Shown: in pieces, positions 19,235 through 30,713 of the stretch | Layout of the letters: every line of letters begins with the position of its first letter | Numbering within the stretch: position 1 is the first letter of the stretch | DNA from: Muribaculaceae bacterium | GTDB lineage: Bacteria; Bacteroidota; Bacteroidia; Bacteroidales; Muribaculaceae | Length of the DNA: 64,000 bases | Reading direction: 5' to 3' | Assembly (NCBI GenBank): GCA_023666885.1 | Contig: JAMPBB010000001.1 | Span: 278,068-342,067 of the forward strand | The notes under the pieces: generated by a model | Told to the model about the DNA's origin: nothing | Database searches by the model: none | What the model saw: the letters and a program-made list of their open reading frames with translations, nothing else | Position numbers and translations under genes: made by a program

Positions 19235-20317
19235 TCAGATGGCGGTCATGGGGAGGTGGAGGAGATCGCGGGTAATGTCAAGGGCTGCGGTAATGTCGGC
19301 CTCCGTAACCGGTACATCTATCTGCGGGCTGCCGGGGGCATCAAGGAGGGTGAAACGGAGGTCGCCTATACGGTGGTTTTTCTTGTCATGGCGCATAAAT
19401 TCCATGATACGCGGATAGTCATCGCAGCTGAGCCGGGGCATTATGTAACGCGAACGCAAATACTCGGCAAGCGCGTAAAGCGGCGCCGTGTCAAGCCCTG
19501 ATTTCATATGTGACAACACAAGAGCCACTATCAGTCCGGCGGCCACGGCATGGCCGTGAGGCAGATGATAGCCGCGCTCTATGGCCATAGCTTCAAAGGC
19601 GTGTCCGGCGGTATGCCCAAGGTTAAGAGCCTTGCGCAATCCTTTCTCCGTGGGGTCAGCGGCTACAATGCCGCGCTTTACCTCCACACTCTCCTCAAGA
19701 AGGGGCAGAAGTGCATCCATGTCGGCATCCGGACGGGATATGTCATATTCCAGGATACGGTGAAGGGTATCACCGCCACGGAGCAGCGCGTGCTTAATCA
19801 TCTCGGCATAGCCCGACAGAAGTTCCGAAACAGGCAGCGTACCGAAATAGCATGTGGACACTATCACGGCATCAGCTTCGCGGAACACACCTATCTCGTT
19901 TTTCAATCCGCCGAAGTTAACACCCGTCTTACCTCCCACGGCAGCATCAACAGCCCCGAGCAGAGTGGTGGGGATATTTATGAACCGCATACCGCGCTTG
20001 AAACATGCAGCGGCATACCCACCGAGATCGGTTACGAGTCCTCCACCCAGATTCACCATAAGCGAATGCCGCGTGGCGCCCCCGCCCTGTAGCTGCCCCC
20101 ACACCGAGCTGACGGTATCAAGAGTCTTATGCTCCTCGCCGGGCGGTATCTCTACGATCCGCGCAGCGGCAGCCACACTGCTCCGGGCACACAGCTGCGG
20201 CAATACAAGCCTGCGCGTATTGGAGTCGACAAGAATAAACACACCCGAGGGTGCCATATCGGCCACGAGCCTGTCAAGCTCACGCCCCGGTAAGGAGGTA
20301 AATATTATATTCTGCAT
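19235..20317 (-). CDS. aroB: 3-dehydroquinate synthase
   Basis: GEEHKT, GGGLVTDLGGY, PTTLLGAVDAAVGGKTG, KNEIG and LNLGHTAGHA. Confidence 0.96.
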   Translation of the reverse strand: MQNIIFTSLPGRELDRLVADMAPSGVFILVDSNTRRLVLPQLCARSSVAAAARIVEIPPGEEHKTLDTVSSVWGQLQGGGATRHSLMVNLGGGLVTDLGGYAAACFKRGMRFINIPTTLLGAVDAAVGGKTGVNFGGLKNEIGVFREADAVIVSTCYFGTLPVSELLSGYAEMIKHALLRGGDTLHRILEYDISRPDADMDALLPLLEESVEVKRGIVAADPTEKGLRKALNLGHTAGHAFEAMAIERGYHLPHGHAVAAGLIVALVLSHMKSGLDTAPLYALAEYLRSRYIMPRLSCDDYPRIMEFMRHDKKNHRIGDLRFTLLDAPGSPQIDVPVTEADITAALDITRDLLHLPMTAI

Positions 20318-21066
20318 CAGTTGAGGTTACGCCGGGTGGTAAGAAGTCCGTATATCAGAGCCGGAATGGCCGCTGAAAGCTCCGGCATGGAACTGAACAC
20401 TATAGCTGCTCCGGCATCGTAAAGCTCCGATGCCGGGATAGGTCCCGTGCTGACGCCTATGGTGAAAGCTCCGGCGGCATCGCCGGCCTGAACGCCAAGC
20501 GGAGCATTCTCAACGACTATACACTCATCGGGGCGCTTGCCTACAAGCTCCATGCCCTTGAAGTACGGTTCGGGATCAGGCTTACCGTGCTTAACGTCAC
20601 GTGACGTAATCATGGCATCGGGAGCAAACACACCCGGAAAGTCACGCCCTATGCGGTCAATGAGCGTGCGCTGTCCGGATCCTGTCACGAGCACACACTC
20701 CACCCCTATGCTGCGCAGAAACGCAAGCATATCAAGAGCCCCGGGCATAGGCCCCTCCTGCGGCATAGCGGCAAAAAGTTCGGATTTGCGCCTGTACAGG
20801 CGCTCCACCTCCTCAGGCGTGGCATCGCGCCCAAAGGCACGGTTGAACAATATGTTGATGGTAGAAGCTCCGGTACGCCCCTCAAAGCGGAAAAACTCAT
20901 CGCGGGCCACCGTTATGCCCTGCTCGGCCATCATGGTTACCCAGGCATCAGCATGGCGCGGCATGGAGTCATAAAGCGTGCCGTCCATGTCCACGAGGGC
21001 GGCCTTAGGCTCCACGCATATGTAGCCATGGCGCTTGAGGAAGTGCTGTATCTCGTTTTCGTACAT
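20317..21066 (-). CDS. HAD-superfamily phosphatase (beta-phosphoglucomutase-like)
   Basis: DMDGTLYDS motif I, VTGS, GKPDPEPY and VVENAPLG. Confidence 0.9.
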   Translation of the reverse strand: MYENEIQHFLKRHGYICVEPKAALVDMDGTLYDSMPRHADAWVTMMAEQGITVARDEFFRFEGRTGASTINILFNRAFGRDATPEEVERLYRRKSELFAAMPQEGPMPGALDMLAFLRSIGVECVLVTGSGQRTLIDRIGRDFPGVFAPDAMITSRDVKHGKPDPEPYFKGMELVGKRPDECIVVENAPLGVQAGDAAGAFTIGVSTGPIPASELYDAGAAIVFSSMPELSAAIPALIYGLLTTRRNLN

Positions 21067-21067
21067 T

Positions 21068-24000
21068 CTATTTTCTTTTCTTTTTTTGTTTCACACCTGT
21101 GGCAGGCACGCTGTCAGGATCCACCCATCCGGGAGGAGCCGCTATCACACCCTGACGTATGAAGAAGAGCGAATCGGAGGCCGATATGGTATCGCCTACG
21201 GTATATTCAGCCGGTGTAGGCTTGGGCTCCGACATGGTGAGCTGCACATAGCGGCCATTCTTGACGCCGAATTTGAACACGCTCTGTATCTCCCTGATAA
21301 GGTTGATGCGCACGGTGTCCGTAAGCTGACGCGATGACGCCACCTGCTTTTCATCAAAGTGCGCACCTCCCAAGCGAATCTTAAGATGCTCGGGGGTGCC
21401 CTTTATATTGACACCAAACTTGAACGGTATGGGCGACTTCAGCACCGCTATATGATAGTCAAGGTTCATAGCCATGTCATTGGAGCCGCTTATGCCGAAG
21501 CGATACCGGTCAATGTTGACCATAAACGGATATATGAGCAGATGCGAGTCACGTATCATCATCTCCACTGACATGCTGTCAATCATGTTACGCTTCTTAT
21601 TCTTAAACATCAGCCACTTTGATACCGTGCGGAACGTTTCGCCGTCAAGAAGCACAAGCGAGTCGCCTGACAGCTTCATGGCCATATCTATGGTATGGAA
21701 CTTGAAGTTCATAAGCGAGTCAAGCTCCGTGGTAAGGGCACACTCCACGTCTATGATGCCCTCCATGCCGTCAAGCATAGGCAGCACGGAGTCAATGGCC
21801 GGTATCATGTGGAGAAATTCATGCAGGTCAAGCTTGCGTACCACCATGCCGGCAGCAAAGCGCACATCGGTCTTTTCAGGCGCCGAGTACAGTGCGGTGA
21901 GCGACATGCTGCCCATAGGGGTAAACGCGCCCAGGCGGTTAAGCTGTATGGCACCGTCGGCTGCCGACACATCGCCACGGAAGCGCTGGAACAGGATGTC
22001 GCCATACTTTACCGTTCCGGCACCTACATGTATGTCGGCCACTATGTTGGATGGCACAACGAATGCCGCCCGCTCAGTGGTATCTACCTGCGCGGCAAGC
22101 GAGGCGTTTATCACCTCATCATTGTCAGAGTCAGCTATGCGCACCGTCCCGGCCCTAAGCTTTTCCGAAAATACGGCTCCGCGCATCAGGGCGGCGGTAA
22201 TATCATTGATATTCAGCGTATCGGACTCCACGTCAAGTTCCAATCGCAGTGGAGCCCCTCGGCGCGATGTCAGGGCGCGTGATATGTTGGAAAGCGCACC
22301 GCGCAAGCGGAAATCGCTCTGCCCCATGCGCACATAGGCATCATGGATGTTTATACTGTCAGTGGAAAATGCCACATCAACGTCAGAAATACTGTTGCGC
22401 ACAGGGAAGTAGGGGGTAAACATGCGTGCACTGCGAGCTTTTATCGTACCGGAGGCCTGCCATAGCCGCAGCCATGACCGCATACTGTTGTCAAGCTGAA
22501 AATCAATATTCTCACGCCCGTCGGATGCTACCGGAGCTGCGCGATGCGCCCTCATGTGTCGGCGCGTCAGGTTCATGATGCTGTCCGATGACAGCGCAGG
22601 ATGCAGGGCCGCTATGGAATCGTAAGCCGCCTGCACACGAGCCGACATGGCCGGACGTGTCTTGGGATGAAGCTGTGCGGTGACATCGGCCTCGCGGAGC
22701 GAGAGGCGATTGTAGCGGTCGGCAAAACGGAGTGCCCCCAGCGAGGCCTCAAGCTTGAGCAGCGGACTGCGGGCCGCACTGTTGTAGCGCTGCAATGTGG
22801 CCCGTACAAAGGCATCGCGCATACGCACACGCATGGAGTCACTGTCAGAGCGCATGTTTATCACAGCCGCCCTGATGCTGGCTCCCATAGGATTAATCTT
22901 TGATGTGTCAGCCGACTGGGCTACGTTGCGCGAGCCGAGCCCCATGCTCATATCGCCGGCCGTTACCCACATACCGGGTATGCCGAACGCTACGGTGTCT
23001 ACTGTCAGTGAGGCCGTGAGCAGAGAGTCTACAGTCTGGCCGTTGACCTTTATCTTGGAGCCGGTGCCGAGCTTAAACGCAGCATGACGCGTGAAGAGGG
23101 TCAGCGAGCTGTCACGAGCCGCCATATGGAAATCGGTAAGCTCCAGATTGCCATTGAGGCGTATGCGATGAAACCGGCGCGGAGTGAGCCAACTCTGCCT
23201 CATATGCACATCGGCGTGTCCGGTAAGTGTACCGCGCAGTGTTACGGGGAGCTTTGACAGCAGTTCGGCAGGGAGCATTGACATATTTAGCGAGCCGTTA
23301 AACTCGCCATCAATAGTGGGATCCGACAGAAGCTTACGTGCCTCGCCCTTAAGCGTAAAGTCAATGGCACGGCCTGTGGCACCGAAACGCCGCAAAGTAA
23401 CCACCGATGCATCAGGACGCATACCGTCAATCATGGCCACAGCGCTCAGCTCAAACCGGGCCAGATCAAGCCTGCCGTACTTGAATGTGCCCTTAGGTAT
23501 GTCAATATCCACCTTGGCCGACGGCATACCACCGCCACCTACAGTGTACGGTTTTAGCAGCTCTACTCCAAGCGTAAGTGTAAGATCAGTGGAAATCTTG
23601 CCAAGCTCGCCGCGATAGGTATCGGGCACAAGCTCTATAAGCCGCTTCAGGCGCACATCCTTGGCCCACAACTTAAGTTCATGAACTTTAAGGGAGTCGG
23701 CAAACTGCATATGGGCATCCATACATACCTCCACCTCATCAAGGCGTATAGTAAAATCATTAAGGCGCAGATAATCTGCCCTGTGCGGACTCCACTCCAC
23801 CTTTCCGTCAAGCCCGAAGAGTATCGGTTCCACCAACAGCGTAGGGAGCTTGGCACCGGCATTGCCACTGACAGTGAGGCGGTACACGGAATTTTCCTTA
23901 CCACTGATGCCAACGGTATCAATGACGGCGCTGACATCCATGGTGTCAGCAAGCGAACGGTATCGTATGGGCATTGCGCCCTTTATGGCAAAACGGTCAA

Positions 24001-24568
24001 AGGATATGAGCGGCAGCTCAAAAGCCGTTTTTGCGGTGTCAGGCTCCGAGGGGGGCACTATATTATAATTAGTCCATACGGAATCAGCTTGCACAAGATT
24101 CACCGCCGGACGGTCAATGCTTACATCGTAAATGTGGATATGTCCGGCTAATAACGATGCCAAGTTGATACCGCCGCTGAACCGGTTCACGCTGAGCAGC
24201 GAATCGGCATCGGAAGGCAATGCGGAGCGTACCTCAGCCGATGCGCCATGAAGCGAGTGGCTTATAATCAGGAAGCTATCGGCCTCCACCGTAAGACGCG
24301 GGAAAGTGGACCAGAACGTAAGCTCCACCCTCGCCGCTTTCACTTCGGCGTCAAGATACTCCGAACCGTATTTGCACACTAACGGTGTGAGCCTGTCAGG
24401 CGTAAGAATCCATACGGCCACACCCACAGCGGCCAGCAGCAGAGCCAAAATCACGGCAGCCGAGCCGAATATCCACTTAAGCACGCGCACCCACCATGCG
24501 CTCCGCCTGCGCCGAGCCGGAGCACGCTGTACGGTCTTGTTGTCACTCGTGTCGGTATCAGACATCAT
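21068..24568 (-). CDS. AsmA family protein
   Basis: N-terminal TM anchor followed by LTFWSTFPRL, long beta-rich body, C-terminal LDYHIAVLKSPIPFKFGVNIKG. Confidence 0.75.
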   Translation of the reverse strand: MMSDTDTSDNKTVQRAPARRRRSAWWVRVLKWIFGSAAVILALLLAAVGVAVWILTPDRLTPLVCKYGSEYLDAEVKAARVELTFWSTFPRLTVEADSFLIISHSLHGASAEVRSALPSDADSLLSVNRFSGGINLASLLAGHIHIYDVSIDRPAVNLVQADSVWTNYNIVPPSEPDTAKTAFELPLISFDRFAIKGAMPIRYRSLADTMDVSAVIDTVGISGKENSVYRLTVSGNAGAKLPTLLVEPILFGLDGKVEWSPHRADYLRLNDFTIRLDEVEVCMDAHMQFADSLKVHELKLWAKDVRLKRLIELVPDTYRGELGKISTDLTLTLGVELLKPYTVGGGGMPSAKVDIDIPKGTFKYGRLDLARFELSAVAMIDGMRPDASVVTLRRFGATGRAIDFTLKGEARKLLSDPTIDGEFNGSLNMSMLPAELLSKLPVTLRGTLTGHADVHMRQSWLTPRRFHRIRLNGNLELTDFHMAARDSSLTLFTRHAAFKLGTGSKIKVNGQTVDSLLTASLTVDTVAFGIPGMWVTAGDMSMGLGSRNVAQSADTSKINPMGASIRAAVINMRSDSDSMRVRMRDAFVRATLQRYNSAARSPLLKLEASLGALRFADRYNRLSLREADVTAQLHPKTRPAMSARVQAAYDSIAALHPALSSDSIMNLTRRHMRAHRAAPVASDGRENIDFQLDNSMRSWLRLWQASGTIKARSARMFTPYFPVRNSISDVDVAFSTDSINIHDAYVRMGQSDFRLRGALSNISRALTSRRGAPLRLELDVESDTLNINDITAALMRGAVFSEKLRAGTVRIADSDNDEVINASLAAQVDTTERAAFVVPSNIVADIHVGAGTVKYGDILFQRFRGDVSAADGAIQLNRLGAFTPMGSMSLTALYSAPEKTDVRFAAGMVVRKLDLHEFLHMIPAIDSVLPMLDGMEGIIDVECALTTELDSLMNFKFHTIDMAMKLSGDSLVLLDGETFRTVSKWLMFKNKKRNMIDSMSVEMMIRDSHLLIYPFMVNIDRYRFGISGSNDMAMNLDYHIAVLKSPIPFKFGVNIKGTPEHLKIRLGGAHFDEKQVASSRQLTDTVRINLIREIQSVFKFGVKNGRYVQLTMSEPKPTPAEYTVGDTISASDSLFFIRQGVIAAPPGWVDPDSVPATGVKQKKKRK

Positions 24569-25311
24569 TCAGAAGTTTTACAAGCCGTAACGTGAAAGCA
24601 CGGCTGCTTTTTTTCATACTTCACAAGCAGTTTTCCCTCGGCACGCATGGCATACAGCACCTCGGCGAGCACGGCCTTCAAATCAACCGCCGAGCGAGGC
24701 ACCTCATAGCTGTCGGCGGCAAATACATTGTAGCTTATGTCCACCGTGGTGCCCAGCTGGTGTACCGAGGAGTCAATGGCATTACTGTTGCGCCGTTTAA
24801 GCCGCCGTATGCTTTCTGGCGTACGCAGCACGCTGGTGATGCGTATGCGGTAGTCGCCGCCACCACGCGCTTGTAGCGTATCGCGGAAGCGTCGGCCTAT
24901 CTCATGCACCGTCTGAGCGGCCTCAGGCACCAGATACGGGCTTGAATGCGTAAGCGGCTCAAGGAAGAAATCCTCACATGAGGCTATACGCACCACCGGC
25001 CTTGACAGGTTCCAGTGCGACCGTATATCCGACAGCGGCTTAAGCCCTATCTTCTCGGCGGCGGCCCAATGCACATAATTACTGTCATTGAACACCTCAT
25101 CAAGACGCCCCACCGGTTTGGTGACAAGCTTTATGCACCCTCCCGGCATGGCCTGAAGACATGTGTCATAACGGTCAGCAGAGTCAGGACGCATATCCAG
25201 ATGCACAAGCCGCACGGCTGCGGCCTCGCGCTTCTGCTCAGCCTCACTACCGCCACAGCCCGTCAATAGCAACACGCCAAGCACTGCTACGGAAATAACT
25301 GCTTTCATCAT
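24565..25311 (-). CDS. DUF5715-like lipoprotein (M15/LAS metallopeptidase-like motifs)
   Basis: Lipobox LLTGC; ITSVLRT, SVHQLGTTVD and QPCFHVT. Start moved to ATG 25311. Confidence 0.7.
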   Translation of the reverse strand: MMKAVISVAVLGVLLLTGCGGSEAEQKREAAAVRLVHLDMRPDSADRYDTCLQAMPGGCIKLVTKPVGRLDEVFNDSNYVHWAAAEKIGLKPLSDIRSHWNLSRPVVRIASCEDFFLEPLTHSSPYLVPEAAQTVHEIGRRFRDTLQARGGGDYRIRITSVLRTPESIRRLKRRNSNAIDSSVHQLGTTVDISYNVFAADSYEVPRSAVDLKAVLAEVLYAMRAEGKLLVKYEKKQPCFHVTACKTSE

Positions 25312-25351
25312 AATGACGGTAAAGATACAATATTCCGCCGTGATACACAAA

Positions 25352-25386
25352 CATCGGGCGCCCACTCGGTGAGTGGACGCCCGATG
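25352..25386. terminator. Hairpin downstream of the LRR lipoprotein
   Basis: catcgggcgcccactc / gagtggacgcccgatg inverted repeat. Confidence 0.55.
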
Positions 25387-25408
25387 TGATGCGCACAATA
25401 GTGTTGCG

Positions 25409-26170
25409 CTATCTGATATAGTCTACCGTCACATTATTGCCTTGATATGTCCAGCTACCGGTGGTGAAGCCCGCCGGCAGCGACTGGGCTGTATACGATG
25501 TATGAACTTTCAGCACTCCTCCGGCACCGGGATTGGCATCGCACCCGAAGGCCGTAATGACACGGCACGGGGTAATGTCAACGGATGTGAGCATGTTAGA
25601 GTTGACATACAGCGAAGAAATGTTATCGCATCCGCGCAGATTTATGGACGTCAGGGCATTATAGCTGCAATCCACATATATAAGGTCATCACACCGGCTA
25701 AGGTCGAGCGTACCTATATTATTACGTCCGCAATATAAGTACTCCAAGTCAGGGCATCCGCCCAGGTCAAGCGCCATCAAGGCATTGTTCTGTATCTTGA
25801 GGGTCTCAAGCTCGTGATTATAGCGCAAATCAACACTGGTAAGAGCATTATTGTCCACCTCCAATATCTCCAATGAGGTAAAGTACTCTATGCCTTGCAG
25901 AGAGGTCAGCTTGCCGTCCGATGTGAGCGGATTGCCTGACAGCTTAAGCATCTTCACGTTTCTGACATCGCCATACGTTATCATATCGGCATTACGCACC
26001 ACACCATTATCCTCAAGTGCCTGCGCAAACTGTACATTTATGTTTTCAGTAATATCAGTTGTGACGGCCGGAACATAGTCAGGCGTATCATCATCGTCGC
26101 TACAGCTTGTCAGAGCGGCAGCCACCAGCAGAGCCGGCAAAAAAGCGTAATGCAGCTTCATAGTATTCAT
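25409..26170 (-). CDS. Leucine-rich-repeat surface lipoprotein
   Basis: Lipobox LTSC followed by an acidic SDDDD export signal; LQGIEYFTSLEIL and repeated LxxLxxxxNxLxxLDL. Confidence 0.85.
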   Translation of the reverse strand: MNTMKLHYAFLPALLVAAALTSCSDDDDTPDYVPAVTTDITENINVQFAQALEDNGVVRNADMITYGDVRNVKMLKLSGNPLTSDGKLTSLQGIEYFTSLEILEVDNNALTSVDLRYNHELETLKIQNNALMALDLGGCPDLEYLYCGRNNIGTLDLSRCDDLIYVDCSYNALTSINLRGCDNISSLYVNSNMLTSVDITPCRVITAFGCDANPGAGGVLKVHTSYTAQSLPAGFTTGSWTYQGNNVTVDYIR

Positions 26171-26280
26171 TGTGGTTATAAAAAGTTAATAATTAGGATT
26201 GCAGATATACAACATACCGCATACACTTATTGTTGCATAAAGGGTGGCGATATTTTTTTTTGAAAAAATTTGCCGAAATA

Positions 26281-26312
26281 TTTGCAGGAATGAAAAAGCC
26301 GCCCTATCTTTG
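26281..26312 (+). promoter_or_regulatory. tRNA-Asp promoter
   Basis: TTTG (26281-26284), 20-nt spacer, TATCTTTG (26305-26312). Confidence 0.75.
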
Positions 26313-26351
26313 CACTCGCAAAACGGTAATAACCATTGCACCTCAAAAAAT

Positions 26352-26425
26352 GGTGTGGTAGTTCAGCTGGTTAGAATACCTGCCTGTCACGCAGGGGGTC
26401 GCGGGTTCGAGTCCCGTCCATACCG
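26352..26425 (+). tRNA. tRNA-Asp(GTC)
   Basis: ggtgtgg/ccatacc acceptor stem, cctgc-ctGTCac-gcagg anticodon arm, gggttcgagtccc T arm; CCA not encoded. Confidence 0.96.
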
Positions 26426-26438
26426 CAGAGGAGAGAGG

Positions 26439-26485
26439 AGAATGAGTAATTGTTAAACTTCGGTTTACGTTACTCATTCTTTTTT
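26439..26485 (+). terminator. tRNA-Asp terminator
   Basis: agaatgagtaa / ttactcattct stem with a cTTCGg apical loop and a T run. Confidence 0.85.
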
Positions 26486-26504
26486 ATATCAAATATACGT
26501 TCCT

Positions 26505-29500
26505 ATGACCCCACACCGCCTACCACCGCTATCTGACCGTTCACGCGCCCTGATTGCAGCCATGCAGTCAGAGATACTGATTCTTGACGGAGCCATGGGC
26601 ACCATGATTCAGAGCTGGAACCTTATCGAAGCTGACTTCCACAAGCCCGGCGTAACCCCTGATTCAGGTAGCCGTGTACTTGAAGGGTGCAATGACATAC
26701 TGTGCATTACGCGCCCTGAGGTCATAGAATCCATACACAAACAATACATAGAGGCCGGAGCCCGAATAATAGAAACGAACTCATTTAACTCCAACGCCAT
26801 ATCACTCGCCGACTACGGCATGAGCCATATGGCCCGGCGCATAGCCCTCGAGGCCGCTGCCACAGCTCGCCGCGCCGCCGAGGCTGCACCGGAACCTGTA
26901 TGGGTAGCAGGAAGCATAGGCCCCACAGGCAAGTCACTCTCCATGGCATCAGCCTTGGGCGATGACAGCGTAACATTCGATTCGCTCACCGAGGCTTACA
27001 CCGAGCAGATACAAGGGCTAATGGAGGGAGGTGCCGACATGCTGCTGATAGAAACGGTGTTTGACGCCCTTAACGCCAAAGCGGCCATTTTCGCCGCCTA
27101 CCGGGTGATGCGCGAGTGCGGTCAGGAGATTCCCATAGCCATTTCAGTCACGCTCACCGAGAGCGGCCGCACGCTATCCGGCCAGTCAGTGGAAGCCTTC
27201 ATTAATACCATAAGCCATGCACGGCCACTATGGATAGGATTCAACTGCGGCTTCGGAGCCGAACAGATGGTACCTTTCATAGAGCGCATACAGCATTACC
27301 CCTACGCCATAGGTGCATACCCCAACGCCGGGTTGCCTAACGCATTGGGCCAATATGACCAGACGCCTGAGCTAATGAACGCACTGCTCAAGCCACTGAT
27401 GCAGCGTGGCATGCTGAACGTAGTGGGCGGATGCTGCGGCACCACACCCGAGCATATACGTGCGCTCTCTGATACGGCACGCGGGCTTAAGCCCCGAATC
27501 GTACCGGGTGCCGACAGCCATGTACTGCATCTGGCCGGATTGGACACCCTTGACATCATTTCCGGACACGAATTCATAAAGGTAGGCGAGCGATGCAATG
27601 TGGCGGGCAGCCGCAAGTTTCTGCGCCTTATAAAAGAAGGCGACATGGAGCAGGCACTTGCCATAGCCGGAGCACAGATCCGTGCGGGAGCGGATATCAT
27701 AGACCTCAATATGGACGATGCCATGCTCCCGGCAGCCCACGAAATGTGCCGCTTCATAGACCGCATAGGCACCGAGCCGTCCATAGCGTCCAAGCCACTG
27801 ATGATAGACTCATCGGACTGGGACGTGATAACTCAGGCGCTCAAACATGTGCAAGGGCGTCCGGTAGTCAACTCCATAAGCCTCAAGGAAGGCGAGGAGG
27901 CATTTCTGAATAAAGCATCCCACATACGCGAAATGGGAGCGGCGGTGATAGTCATGGCCTTTGATGAAACGGGTCAGGCTGACACTATGGCGCGACGCAT
28001 CGAGATATGCCAACGCGCCTACCGGCTTCTCACAGAAAAGGCCGGCTATAATCCTGCCGACATAATATTCGACCCCAACATACTCACCGTGGCCACAGGC
28101 ATGGCCGAGCACCGCACTTATGCCCTTGACTTCATCCTGGCCACGGAGTGGATAAAGGAGCATTTGACAGGCGCACGTGTGAGCGGCGGCATAAGCAATC
28201 TGTCGTTTGCATTCCGAGGCAACAACAAGGTGCGCGAAGCCATGCACGCCCTGTTCCTGACCCATGCCCGCAAAGCCGGCATGGATATGGCCATAGTAAA
28301 TCCGTCAGCACTTCTATCGCCCACCGATATTGAGCCCGAGCTTGCCGAAGCCATCAATGATGTGCTCCTAAACCGGACAGATGATGCTACCGACACACTT
28401 ACAGCCATAGCCGGCCGCATAAAAGCTGAAGAACTTGCGGCAAAGACTGCCACAGCTCCGGACAAAGAACCGCCTGCACAAAAGTCCGGACAGGGACAAT
28501 CGGCCATGGAGCACCTGATGCAGATGGTGATACGCGGTGCCACAGAGGGGATTGATACCGCAGTAGATGCTGCGGTGGGGCAAGTCGGATCAGCAATGGC
28601 CGTGATCAACGATGCACTTATGGAAGGCATGAACCGTATAGGTCAGATGTTCAGCCGGGGTGAAATGTTCCTGCCGCAAGTGGTGAAGAGCGCACAGACC
28701 ATGAAGATAGCCGTGGCACGCATGACACCGCTCATAGAGCGTGAAAGCGTCACCGCTGTGGATGTGTCCAAAGCGTCCTCTCCCACCGTAGTGCTCGCCA
28801 CTGTGAAAGGCGATGTCCATGACATAGGCAAGAACATAGTGAGCGTGATCCTTCAGTGCAACGGCTTCAAAGTGCTGGACCTCGGAGTGATGGCCGAGAG
28901 CGAAAAGATAGTGCGCACAGCCATAGAGCACGGAGCAGCCGCCATAGGACTAAGCGGCCTAATCACCCCATCGCTATCCGAAATGTGCAATGTGGCTGCC
29001 CTCATGGAGGCGAAAGGGCTGAAAATACCGCTTGCCGTAGGGGGTGCCGCCGCATCGAGAGAACATACCGCCGTAAGGATCTCCACCACTTATTCCGGGC
29101 CTGTGATATATACGCACGAGGCCGCATCACTGCCTTCGGCCTTACGAAAGCTCACCCACCCTGACACTGCACTGACCGCATCAGAGGAGCTAAGAGCCGA
29201 ACAGGATTCGATACGCAGCCGCTACGCCGAATCGGCACCGCTCCTAACACTTGAGGCCGCTACAGCCCGCAAGCCCGCCATTGATTTCTCGCTCAAACCG
29301 GCACCACCCGTACAGCCGGGCACCCATGACGGTTTTTTCACCGTTTCGGAGCTGCGTGACGGCATAAATGTGCGTGCATTCTTCAAGGCATGGGGCTTTG
29401 ACGGCTCCCTTGCCACAGTAACCGACATAGAGGGATGCGACCACTGCCGCGCCCAGTGGCTCGCCGCACTGCCCCAGGAACGTCGCCTCAAAGGCTCCCG

Positions 29501-30221
29501 CGCCATGCAGCTATGGAAAGAAGCCGGCAGGATGCTTGACCGCATGAGCCGCATAAAGGATGTAGGGGTGACATATCGCGTGGCTCTATGCTGCGCACGC
29601 TCCGAAGGCAATGACATAATCTATTCACATCCTGACATACCGACCGAAGAATACCGGCTGCCTACCCTGCGCCGACAGACTGATGATGGCGGACGCTGCC
29701 CGGCTTTGGCCGACTTCATTGACCCGTCAGGCAATGACAGCATAGGAGTATTTGCCGTAACCATAAGCCAGGCAATGCGCACATTCATTGACGCACTGCC
29801 CGCCGATGACGACATGTACAGCCGTATGCTTGCCGAAGCGTTGGCACACAGGCTTGTAGAGGCCGGCGCGGAAAGAATGCATTACGAGGTGCGCACCCGC
29901 CTGTGGGGATTCAGCCCCGATGAACCGGACTCTCCGCGCCGACTTCTGCGCGCCGAATACCAAGGCATACGTCCTGCCATAGGATACCCTTCGCTGCCGG
30001 ATCAGTCGCTGGTGTTCACGGCTGACAGCATACTGCATTACAGCGACCTCGGCATCACCCTTACAGAAAACGGAGCCATGGCACCGTCGGCCACCGTAAG
30101 CGGATTCATTTTCGGCCACCCATCCGCCCGATATTTCATAGTAGGCAAGATAGATGACCGTCAGCGGGCCGACTATATCCGCCGTCGCGGATTAGGCGCC
30201 GAAGCCGCAAAATTTCTATGA
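26505..30221 (+). CDS. metH: Cobalamin-dependent methionine synthase
   Basis: LDGAMGT, FNCGFG and GGCCGT (Zn ligands), [10 protein letters not shown] pterin domain, [10 protein letters not shown]12-binding motif, [13 protein letters not shown] reactivation domain. Confidence 0.96.
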   Translation: MTPHRLPPLSDRSRALIAAMQSEILILDGAMGTMIQSWNLIEADFHKPGVTPDSGSRVLEGCNDILCITRPEVIESIHKQYIEAGARIIETNSFNSNAISLADYGMSHMARRIALEAAATARRAAEAAPEPVWVAGSIGPTGKSLSMASALGDDSVTFDSLTEAYTEQIQGLMEGGADMLLIETVFDALNAKAAIFAAYRVMRECGQEIPIAISVTLTESGRTLSGQSVEAFINTISHARPLWIGFNCGFGAEQMVPFIERIQHYPYAIGAYPNAGLPNALGQYDQTPELMNALLKPLMQRGMLNVVGGCCGTTPEHIRALSDTARGLKPRIVPGADSHVLHLAGLDTLDIISGHEFIKVGERCNVAGSRKFLRLIKEGDMEQALAIAGAQIRAGADIIDLNMDDAMLPAAHEMCRFIDRIGTEPSIASKPLMIDSSDWDVITQALKHVQGRPVVNSISLKEGEEAFLNKASHIREMGAAVIVMAFDETGQADTMARRIEICQRAYRLLTEKAGYNPADIIFDPNILTVATGMAEHRTYALDFILATEWIKEHLTGARVSGGISNLSFAFRGNNKVREAMHALFLTHARKAGMDMAIVNPSALLSPTDIEPELAEAINDVLLNRTDDATDTLTAIAGRIKAEELAAKTATAPDKEPPAQKSGQGQSAMEHLMQMVIRGATEGIDTAVDAAVGQVGSAMAVINDALMEGMNRIGQMFSRGEMFLPQVVKSAQTMKIAVARMTPLIERESVTAVDVSKASSPTVVLATVKGDVHDIGKNIVSVILQCNGFKVLDLGVMAESEKIVRTAIEHGAAAIGLSGLITPSLSEMCNVAALMEAKGLKIPLAVGGAAASREHTAVRISTTYSGPVIYTHEAASLPSALRKLTHPDTALTASEELRAEQDSIRSRYAESAPLLTLEAATARKPAIDFSLKPAPPVQPGTHDGFFTVSELRDGINVRAFFKAWGFDGSLATVTDIEGCDHCRAQWLAALPQERRLKGSRAMQLWKEAGRMLDRMSRIKDVGVTYRVALCCARSEGNDIIYSHPDIPTEEYRLPTLRRQTDDGGRCPALADFIDPSGNDSIGVFAVTISQAMRTFIDALPADDDMYSRMLAEALAHRLVEAGAERMHYEVRTRLWGFSPDEPDSPRRLLRAEYQGIRPAIGYPSLPDQSLVFTADSILHYSDLGITLTENGAMAPSATVSGFIFGHPSARYFIVGKIDDRQRADYIRRRGLGAEAAKFL

Positions 30222-30701
30222 CTTATATATAAGTACCGTAGCCATAGCCGCTATGCCTTCGCCACGTCCTGTAAAGCCGAGACGCTCAGTGGTAGTGGCC
30301 TTTACCGACACCCTGTCCGCAGCCACACCCATATCGGCGGCCACACATTCTATCATACTCTGTATGTAGGGAGCCAGTTTAGGAGCCTGCGCAATGATGG
30401 TAACATCCACATTTGACACCGCATAGCCCTTGGCAGCCACCATCTCCACCACCTTACGCAGAAGCACACGCGAGTCGGCACCCGCATATGACGGATCATT
30501 GTCGGGGAAATGATAGCCTATGTCACGCGTGGCGGCTGCTCCAAGCAGAGCATCGCACAGCGCATGGAGCGCCACATCGGCATCACTGTGCCCCAAGAGC
30601 CCTAATTCATATGGAATCTCCACGCCACACAGCACAAGGCGGCGATCGGGCACCAGACGGTGCACGTCATATCCGAGTCCGGTACGTATGTCAGGTATCA
30701 T
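30216..30701 (-). CDS. ispF: 2-C-methyl-D-erythritol 2,4-cyclodiphosphate synthase
   Basis: [18 protein letters not shown] and [17 protein letters not shown]. Confidence 0.97.
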   Translation of the reverse strand: MIPDIRTGLGYDVHRLVPDRRLVLCGVEIPYELGLLGHSDADVALHALCDALLGAAATRDIGYHFPDNDPSYAGADSRVLLRKVVEMVAAKGYAVSNVDVTIIAQAPKLAPYIQSMIECVAADMGVAADRVSVKATTTERLGFTGRGEGIAAMATVLIYKS

Positions 30702-30713
30702 ATATAAGTGAGG

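Noticed and set aside
16400-26425. tRNA-anchored genomic island or prophage
   Set aside because: No integrase and no duplicated tRNA 3' end seen; genes after both tRNAs have host-like composition.
26430-26504. Cobalamin or SAM riboswitch upstream of metH
   Set aside because: Only about 20 nt remain between the tRNA-Asp terminator and the metH ATG, and there are no B12-box or S-box motifs.
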